From assembly GCF_000150275.1 (NCBI RefSeq), contig NW_002061076.1:4167-11382 (forward strand): a stretch of DNA of 7,216 nt, read 5' to 3'. The stretch is from Trichoplax adhaerens (lineage: Eukaryota > Animalia > Placozoa). Made by a program: the position numbers and the translations under genes. Shown here piece after piece: positions 1 to 7,216 of this stretch (position 1 is the first letter of the stretch; every line of letters begins with the position of its first letter). A model generated the notes under the pieces. It had not been told where the DNA came from and made no database searches. It was given only the letters and a program-made list of their open reading frames with translations.

Positions 1-946
1 CAAACCGATTAGCAACTATATAAGGAATATGGAAATATTTATAGGCTACTTACTACCTGTAAGCATATTAAATCGCAGGTTTGGGATCTATCTATGCATG
101 TAATCGTACATATACGTAAATGCAAGATACACCTTTGACCGGTCCACACAGATGTACACTTTGATAGCATGATTCTCAATACATGACTGCAGACTTTATT
201 TATAGGCCATAGATTTATTTATTTTGATGGATGCTGTCATAAAGATTGGGCGTTTTAACGTAATATCAACATTGCTTTCACTATAAAAGCAAGGCAAGAC
301 TTTTTTACGCTTTCAGTCATACATTCTGTGTCTTTAGCTGAGTCATACTCTATAAATTATAGGCCTACCAAAGAATTTATTTAGCGTTTCATAAAGTACC
401 GACAGTTTCCATAATTTTATTATGCTAATTTTGTATAATTGGGTTTTCATGTACGTGAATTGTGGTATGAACTTAATTTAATGTAATCTTATAGGTTAAA
501 TCGTTTTTGCTCGGAAGATTAGCCATTAGCTACTGACGGTTGTTATAACAAAACAGAAGAAGTACCGTTTATTCGATTAAATTGTAATATTATTATTGAA
601 AAAAGCTTATCTAATGTTAGCTATATTTATTGATAAAATTTCAATCCTAGAATTAATCAAATCATGTCTCGTTAATTACGGTTAACAAGTACGGTTTTCT
701 GAAATTCTTTCATCCATTTAATGCATTACATTTTAAGATTCTTACTGAAGCGATAGCTACCAAAATGATTAAGTTTGCTAATATAAAAAATGTTAATTAT
801 TTTATATGAAACTGTTCTTGGTATACGATATCAAAAAAATTGAGGTAACTATAGCAAATGTTACGTTGTGGTGATTTAATAAAGAGTTGACAATTACCAT
901 AGTAATATAATGTAGTGTATTTGGATTGTACTGTAACTGTACACTG

Positions 947-1064
947 TAATCCCTCCAACCCACCCTTGAAAAGAGCAGCGCTGGGGTATTTATACTACTG
1001 TTAAATGACTTTGATTATGGGTTCATTTCAATGGGTCAGTATAAGACTCTTACAGTACTTTTTA
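947..1064 (+). repeat. 118-bp direct repeat, copy 1 (cut by N gap)
   Basis: TAATCCCTCC...CAGTACTTTTTA matches 1407-1524 at offset 460 with 3 mismatches. Confidence 0.93.
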
Positions 1065-1114
1065 NNNNNNNNNNNNNNNNNNNNNNNNNNNNNNNNNNNN
1101 NNNNNNNNNNNNNN
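1065..1114. other. Assembly gap (50 N)
   Basis: Run of exactly 50 N. The length equals that of the second gap, suggesting a placeholder size. Confidence 0.98.
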
Positions 1115-1406
1115 TAATTCGGTTTACAAAGTTTCTGCGGTATAGACAGTATTTAAATAATGATCTTTTTTGCAAGTTTTCATCGCTAACTTTTAAGCCG
1201 TAATTATAATTAGCACTTTGAACAAATATGATGTTCATCAGATATAGATTGACCTATTATGAGTAACAAGAGCTTTCTCAAGGTGATATTAATTTGGCCT
1301 CAGTTTTACTTTATGCCGTTATCCTTTTAGCATCAAGTAGGCTATAAATAGATCTTGTATTTATGCCTCACATATGTAATTTTGATTTAATTAATTAAGG
1401 AAATAC

Positions 1407-1524
1407 TAATCCCTCCCACCCACCCTTGAAATGAGCAGCGCTGGGGTATTTACACTACTGTTAAATGACTTTGATTATGGGTTCATTTCAATGGGTCAGT
1501 ATAAGACTCTTACAGTACTTTTTA
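1407..1524 (+). repeat. 118-bp direct repeat, copy 2
   Basis: Matches 947-1064. The upstream flanks differ (ACACTG vs AAATAC), giving a sharp left boundary. The right boundary is unknown because copy 1 runs into Ns. Confidence 0.93.
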
Positions 1525-1955
1525 CCTAAAGATTTCTTCATGTAAAACGAATAGCTCTAAGGTAGTAAGCTCTGCAGAGTACTGATTATTAAAATAGTAT
1601 TCGTTATATCGCTAAGGGTGGCCACTGGGCCTTTAAATTTTGATTTCATGTAATATTCTGATGAAAATTGAATAAACATAGAATCTTTATAGAGTTTTCT
1701 ACACAGCCATTTTGATTGTTACATTTTCTTATAACGGTTGTTATCGACAGAGCAAGCTTTGCTTGCATACGACAGCGATCCTTAGACACATTATAATGAT
1801 TGGTATAGAATTGACCACAGTACTAAGGACATTGAACCGCACTGTAGATATCTTACAGTACCTGCTAATCTTAACTTGGTATGTCCATCACCGTACATTA
1901 ATTATCGTAATGTGCTTTGGACTATTAACTAATCATAATATAGCATAGTACATTA

Positions 1956-2016
1956 CTATTACAGGGATATATATAATATCGAATGATAATACTATCTGTT
2001 AATTTTATTAACAAAT
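1956..2016 (+). repeat. ~60-bp internal sub-repeat of the Helitron (also 2726-2784 and 7043-7101; partial at 2891-2915)
   Basis: CTATTACAGGGATATATATAATATCGAATGATAATACTATCTGTTAATTTTATTAACAAAT vs CTATTAACGGGATATATATAATGTCGAATGGTAATACTAACTATTAATTATTAACAAAT. Partial copy: ATCAAATGGTAATACTATCTGTTAA. Confidence 0.85.
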
Positions 2017-2333
2017 TGACCATAAACGTATATTTGACAATTTCGCTTATCAACCTTAACATAGCATTAATACTGTATATAGTAACCATCCTTATTCGGT
2101 AAACATACTAATACGAAAGTTACTTAACGAAATTTGAATTGGTATAGAAATGAATGATCTCTAGGGTTTATGTCAATATTATTGAGAAGGTAGAAGTAAT
2201 TGATACACATCAGGAGGTACTATTAGTTCTATTGCTCTCATGCAATTCGTAGTGTTACCCTACTGTAGTTCCCCTGTCCCGGTTATTTTTGATTGCTATA
2301 TATCATATAACAAAAAGTGTTTCTAAGAGGATA

Positions 2334-2561
2334 ATGTCAGTTAGTCAGCGATCTGATAGGCGAAAGCGAAGTGAACAACGTGGAAATGCACGATCAGTAC
2401 GTACATTAAATCAATCTGTAAGTAATATCAGGAATTCTGAAGTAGATAGTACTCCTAGAGATCAAAATCAGCCAGCAGGTAATCGTAGGAGAAACTATCA
2501 TCATCGCCAATTACATCGAATAGGAAGATTAGGTGATATTGACTCGATAGCAACAATATAA
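2334..2561 (+). pseudogene. Truncated RepHel N-terminus (75 codons) in copy A
   Basis: Matches 3634-3857 with 4 substitutions. The deletion junction at 2557/2558 is followed by TAA at 2559-2561. Confidence 0.9.
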
Positions 2562-2934
2562 TTTTAATCTGTCCAGTAGCATTATTCTTCACATTAGGAT
2601 ATGTAGAGCAGATATTATAATTGCCGAATTACTATCAAAGACTGTAATAAGGTTTCATCCGTGAATGCATTATTGAAAAGTAGTATTCTACAAGCATAGC
2701 TGTGAATATACTCAGTAGTGCCCGGCTATTAACGGGATATATATAATGTCGAATGGTAATACTAACTATTAATTATTAACAAATGGGTACGTTATCAAAT
2801 GCCCCGCCCGTACAATTAACAGTACTGTACTTTTGTACAGCATACAGTACACGGATAACGGTAAAAAGTTACTGAACGTCTGACAGGTCTATCAAATGGT
2901 AATACTATCTGTTAAATGAGCACATTATCGTAAA

Positions 2935-2965
2935 CCGTCAGCAAAGCGACGGGAGTTTGCACTAG
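2935..2965 (+). terminator. Helitron 3' rolling-circle termination signal (subterminal hairpin + CTAG); not a transcription terminator
   Basis: CCGTCAGCAAAGCGACGG: CCGTC pairs with GACGG, GC pairs with GC, with an AAA loop and one bulged A. It is followed by GAGTTTGCA and CTAG|T. Confidence 0.9.
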
Positions 2966-3076
2966 TCTACTCTTAAACATAGACATTTTGTATTGCGATT
3001 AAATACAGACACATTTACAGTCTGTTCGCTCTACATTCAAATATGGCTTACTACATTTAGTTGTTACAGTCTTCGC

Positions 3077-3126
3077 NNNNNNNNNNNNNNNNNNNNNNNN
3101 NNNNNNNNNNNNNNNNNNNNNNNNNN
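3077..3126. other. Assembly gap (50 N)
   Basis: Run of exactly 50 N ending immediately before the TC start of copy B. Confidence 0.98.
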
Positions 3127-3906
3127 TCTTTATAGAGTTTTCTACACAGCCATTTTGATTGTTACATTTTCTTATAACGGTTACTATCGACAGAGCAAGC
3201 TTTGCTTGCATACTCAAGCGATCCTTAGACACATTATAATGATTGGTATAGAATTGACCACAGTACTAAGGACATTGAACCGCACTGTAGATATCTTACA
3301 GTACCTGCTAATCTTGACTTGGTATGTCCATCACCGTACATTAGTTATCGTAATGTGCTTTTAGCATTAATACTGTATATAGTAACCATCCTTATTCGGT
3401 AAACATACTAATACGAAAGTTACTTAACGAAATTTGAATTGGCATAGAAATGAATGATCTCTAGGGTTTATGTAAATATTATTGAGAAGGTAGAAGTGAT
3501 TGATACACATCAGGAGGTACTATTAGTTCTATTGCTCTCATGCAATTCGTAGTGTTACCCTACTGTAGTTCCCCTGTCCCGGTTATTTTTGATTGCTATA
3601 TATCATATAACAAAAAGTGTTTCTAAGAGGATAATGTCAGTTAGTCAACGATCTGATAGGCGAAAGCGAAGTGAACAACGTGGAAATACACGATCAGTAC
3701 GTACATTAAATCAATCTGTAAGTCATATCAGGAATTCTGAAGTAGATAGTACTCCTAGAGATCAAAATCAGCCAGCAGGTAATCGTAGCAGAAACTATCA
3801 TCATCGCCAATTACATCGAATAGGAAGATTAGGTGATATTGACTCGATAGCAACAATCGATGATTTTGTATCTGCTCAGCATACATGCGGCTATATGAAC
3901 CATTCC

Positions 3907-3987
3907 TGCAGTTACTGCAATGCACAAATGTGGATATCTGAAAAAGTTGGGGGAACCATAGATCGGCCTAGATTTAGTTTATGCTGC
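3907..3987 (+). other. N-terminal CxxC...CC zinc-finger-like motif of RepHel
   Basis: Translates as CSYCNAQMWISEKVGGTIDRPRFSLCC, the usual Helitron N-terminal cysteine motif, followed by xxGK and P-rich residues. Confidence 0.85.
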
Positions 3988-5043
3988 CTTAATGGCAAAA
4001 TAAGTATACCAGAAATACCTGATCCTCCGGCAGTTTTACGTAATCTCCTACTTAATAACGATCGAATAGCAAGATATTTTCGTTCAAAAATAAGAAAATT
4101 TAATTCCGGGTTATGTATGGCTACTATGAAAGCAACTGATGCAAGTATAACAGGTGTTAGCAATTATCGAATACATGGTACGGTCTATCGAATGATAGGT
4201 CCCGCACGTAATGCTGATGGTGAACAATCTTCATGCATACAGACCTACTTTTATGACGTAGACGAACAAATTCGACGTAGAGTTAACAGATACGATTCAT
4301 CATCTGATGAAAGAGCTTTAGAAAGTGAAATATTTGGAAGGCTCACTGTTATGTTAGAAAATGCACCAAACACTTACTTACTATCGTTTTTAAACTTGCA
4401 AGAACTCATGGATGCTGGCGAGATACCAGAAGATATACATATCGAAATTAATGCTGATCGTAGACCGCCTACAGAACATGCACGGCGTTTCAATTTGCCT
4501 ACAAGCACAGAAATAGCTGTACTACTGCCGACTGAAAGTTATGCAAGTCGCGACGAACGAATGATTGTCTGCAGCTTCAGGGCTCAGCAAGACTCTAGAA
4601 ATAATTTACAGTTTTTCAAAGATACCCATCGCAGTTATGATCCGTTGTGTTACCCTGTTTTATTTTCTTTTGGAACTGATGGCTTTCATCTCGGCATTAG
4701 TCAACAATCAACTAATAGAACTGTGACAGCAAAAGAATTTTATAGTTATCGAATGATGAAACGTGTAAGCAGCTTCAATATACTGCATCGTTGTAACCGG
4801 TTATATTAGCAATATTGCGTCGATATGTGGGCAAAGATCGAATCAGGTCGATTGAGCTATCTACGATTCCATCAGAATGAAGTCCGAAGCGAGGTTTACC
4901 GAGGGTTACAAGATGCTATACATGAAGGCGATGCTGCACGAGCTGGACGTCGTATAATTTTACCTTCTACATTTACTGGCAGTTATAGATTTACGGTGAA
5001 GCATTACTACGATGCCATGGCTATTGTCAGAAAATTTGGTAAA

Positions 5044-5708
5044 CCTACGTTATTTATAACATTTACATGCAATGCACAGTGGCACGAAATAATTAGCGAG
5101 CTCAAACCAGGACAATCAGCTGCAGATCGTCCGGATATTACGGCGAGAGTGTTTAAAATTAAGCAACAAAGATTATTATACGATCTCCGGAACGGTATCC
5201 TTGGCAATCTGAATGCTTTCATGTATACCATCGAGTTTCAAAGCGTGGTCTACCTCATTGCCACATTCTATACATTTTAAATCGCGAAGAAAATACTTGG
5301 GAGGAAATTGATAAAATAGTTAGTGCAGAATTTCCTGATCCTGGTAATCCTAGAACTGCAACATTGTATGAATGCGTTAAAAAGTACATGGTACACGGAC
5401 CTTGCGGTAACAGTAATCCAAGGTGTTCATGTATGTTAAACGGCGTTTGCACTAAGAAATTTCCAAAAGAATTTTGTAATCGGACGCAAGTAGGTGACGA
5501 TTGCTATCCCACATATCGGCGTCGAATTCCAACACAAGGTGGTTTTACAGCTTTTGTATCCACATGCAACAGAATTATTCAAGTCGATAATCGCAATGTT
5601 GTTCCTTACAATCCGTGGCTATTGTTAAAGTATCGTGCACATATTAATGTTGAATATTGTGCATCAATAAAAGCTGTTAAATACCTGTATAAATATATTT
5701 ATAAAGGT
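5044..5708 (+). other. Rep (HUH/Y2 endonuclease) catalytic core, frameshifted
   Basis: Motif 1 PTLFITFTCN begins at 5044, HUH (H-C-H) is at 5256-5264 in the shifted frame, and YLYKY is at 5682-5696. Confidence 0.92.
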
Positions 5709-6084
5709 CCTGATCTAGCGACAATAACATTTGAATCAGATGATGATCGTATACGCGTTACCACAGCGGCCGCATCAGGTACCAACGACGAAATCAAACA
5801 GTACGAGCTCTGCCGCTTTGTTGGAGCATCGGAAGCTGCATGGAGAATATTTGCTTTCAATACCCAAGATCGTTTTCCAGCCGTTGAAATTCTACCAGTT
5901 CATTTACCAAATCAGCAACAAGTTATTTTTGATCCTCGCGATCCACAAAATGCACTAGAGAGACGAAATAGGACCAAACTGACAGCATATTTTAATAAAA
6001 ATCGTGAAGATTTTAGAGCACGTAATGTATTATACTGCAACTTTCCGGAATATTATACATGGCAGAGTAATCAAAAAGTTTGGA

Positions 6085-6564
6085 AATGCTCCTATTATGT
6101 TATTACGTAATCTAGATCCATGTAACGGGCATTGTAATGGATCGCGATACATGTTGACCTCTATTGCTGAAAGACTGTTGGTGGCGCATATACTTGGTGG
6201 AGAACATGCCGGCTCTATCATTTTAATACCACGTATTAATGTTTCCCCATCTGACACTGATCTTCCATTTCAGTTGATAAGTCGGCAATTTCCTATACGC
6301 CCAGCATTTGCTATGAGTATTAACAAAAGTCAAGGGCAAACTTTTAATCGATGTGGAGTACTTTTGCCTACCAGTGTTTTTACTCACGGCCAGCTATATG
6401 TAGCCATAAGCCGCGTTGGAAATCCTCGCGATTTAAAGGTGTTTATTGATCGAACGGAAATTAATTCCTTACTCCATAATAGAGTTAACAGTAACTTGCC
6501 AGGTTACAATAATGGCATATGCCGAGTGACACGTAATGTAGTTTATAGGGAAGCTCTACATTGA
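6085..6564 (+). other. C-terminal fragment of the PIF1-family (SF1B) helicase domain
   Basis: NAPIMLLRNLDPCNGHCNGSRY...IPRI...RQFPIRPAFAMSINKSQGQT...VFTHGQLYVAISRV, ending at TGA 6562-6564. No Walker A (GxxGxGKT) or Walker B is present upstream. Confidence 0.93.
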
Positions 6565-6673
6565 ATTAGTGATTATAATACTATACTTAGGATAAAGCGT
6601 CTAGGCTAATATCAGTTTATATAACACATTTTGCAGCCACAAAATGTAATGCTTTAATTCCGAACGTAAAGTA

Positions 6674-6679
6674 AATAAA
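6674..6679 (+). promoter_or_regulatory. Possible polyadenylation signal of the RepHel transcript
   Basis: AATAAA about 110 nt downstream of the RepHel stop, followed by T/GT-rich sequence. The AT-rich context makes a chance match likely. Confidence 0.35.
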
Positions 6680-7216
6680 TTTTATTGCATTATGAATTTG
6701 TGATATGTAAGGGAGTAATTGCCATATTACTTTTATTGTTCCTTTGCAATACATCAATAATATTCTAATCAGCATTATAGAGTAATCGGATGTTAATAAA
6801 ATGTTGTCAAATTATGCAAAGTAAACTTGCAAATGAGTGTTCAATCATAATATTACTACTCAGCAATGGTTAATATAATTTTAATCTGTCCAGTAGCATT
6901 ATTCTTCACATTAGGATATGTAGAGCAGATATTATAATTGCCGAATTACTATCAAAGACTGTAATAAGGTTACATCCGTGAATGCATTATTGAAAAGTAG
7001 TATTCTACAAGCATATCTGTGAATATACTCAGTAGTGCCCGGCTATTACCGGGATATATATAATGTCGAATGGTAATACTAACTATTAATTATTAACAAA
7101 TGGGTACGTTATCAAATGCCGCGCCCGTACAATTAACAGTACTGTACTTTTGTACAGCATACAGTACACGGATAACGGTAAAAAGTTACTGAACCTCTGA
7201 CAGGTCTATCAAATGG

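Larger units (their letters stand above)
1684..2965 (+). mobile_element. Non-autonomous Helitron (internal-deletion derivative), copy A, both termini present
   Basis: Starts TCTTTATAGAG after an A (1683). Ends with hairpin CCGTC-A-GC-AAA-GC-GACGG (2935-2952), 9 nt, then CTAG (2962-2965) followed by T, giving the canonical A|TC...CTAG|T with no TSD. Aligns to the RepHel-bearing copy in three blocks: 1684-1918 = 3127-3361, 2062-2557 = 3362-3857, 2558-2899 = 6875-7216. The 3' end is well supported. The exact 5' end is less certain because the matching flank of copy B is an N gap. Confidence 0.88.
3634..6564 (+). pseudogene. Helitron Rep-Helicase (RepHel) transposase pseudogene: Zn finger, Helitron_like_N/HUH Rep domain, PIF1 helicase C-terminal remnant
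   Basis: ORFs 3589-4809, 4825-5280, 5364-6110 and 6004-6564 are consecutive pieces of one protein, with a likely ATG at 3634 (MSVSQ). Motifs seen: CSYC..CCLNG zinc finger; HRSYDPLCYPVLF; RLY*QYCVDMWAKIE; GRRIILPSTFTGS; PTLFITFTCN (Rep motif 1); IEFQ/RGLPHCH (motif 2, HUH); MVHGPCG; VVPYNPWLL..HINVE; YLYKYIYKG (motif 3); APIMLLRNLD..CNGSR; RQFPIRPAFAMSINKSQGQT and HGQLYVAISRV (PIF1 motifs V/VI); TRNVVYREAL. Lesions at 4807 (TAG), ~5241 (frameshift) and ~6085 (deletion and frame change). Confidence 0.96.
3127..7216 (+). mobile_element. Defective, formerly autonomous Helitron (canonical Helitron type), copy B; 3' end lies outside the window
   Basis: Begins with the same TCTTTATAGAG as copy A directly after the N gap. 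Contains a disrupted RepHel ORF. Positions 6875-7216 match copy A 2558-2899 without indels, so the terminal CTAG is predicted about 66 bp past the window end. Confidence 0.95.

Noticed and set aside
1-946. Gene, RNA gene or CRISPR array in the left flank
   Set aside because: There are no ORFs in the track, no tRNA/rRNA signature and no regularly spaced repeats. A short host exon cannot be excluded from sequence alone.
1712-1948. 78-aa ORF, and its counterparts 2993-3364 (+) and 2999-3232 (-)
   Set aside because: They lie in or next to the Helitron 5' non-coding arm and have no recognisable motifs. The plus-strand ORFs use TTG starts and have different stops in the two copies. The latter two read through an N gap.
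1673-2983. TAAACATAGA as a 10-bp target-site duplication
   Set aside because: It does not abut the termini (1 nt and 8 nt away), and Helitrons do not make TSDs.
1684-3857. LTR pair of a retrotransposon
   Set aside because: There are no TG..CA ends, PBS/PPT or gag/pol. The repeats are the arms of two Helitron copies.
4807-5243. Stop-codon reassignment (TAG=Gln), readthrough or programmed frameshift
   Set aside because: There is only one in-frame TAG among many CAA/CAG Gln codons and no clear slippery heptamer at 5240. The helicase deletion independently shows that the copy is dead.
3912-6257. Short antisense or alternate-frame ORFs (3912-4163, 5007-5231, 5255-5452, 5731-5958, 6030-6257)
   Set aside because: These are shadows of the RepHel coding sequence with no independent motifs.
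3589-6564. Four-gene operon or novel multi-protein Rep/helicase system
   Set aside because: The breaks fall inside conserved RepHel motifs and are explained by one nonsense change, one frameshift and one deletion. This is one decayed gene.
6004-6564. Host PIF1 gene or captured host gene
   Set aside because: It carries the Helitron-type RQFP..AFAM.INKSQGQT and TRNVVY.E tail and lies inside the element. No captured exon is recognisable in either arm.

Overview
AT-rich eukaryotic scaffold segment with two 50-N gaps (1065-1114, 3077-3126), dominated by two same-orientation copies of one canonical Helitron (rolling-circle transposon) family. Copy A (1684-2965, 1282 bp) is a complete non-autonomous deletion derivative with a 5' TC, a 3' subterminal hairpin plus CTAG, and A/T flanks. 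Copy B (3127 to beyond 7216) carries an intronless but dead Rep-Helicase gene: a premature TAG at 4807, a 1-bp frameshift just before the HUH motif (~5241), and a large internal deletion (~6085) that removes most of the PIF1 helicase. The copies are about 98% identical by my manual count, but each lacks sequence the other has, so a third, more complete source element is implied. Positions 1-1683 are non-coding and contain a 118-bp direct repeat next to a gap. I see no host genes, RNA genes or CRISPR, and no evidence for a new biological system. Any novelty would be at the level of the Helitron family and its structure.
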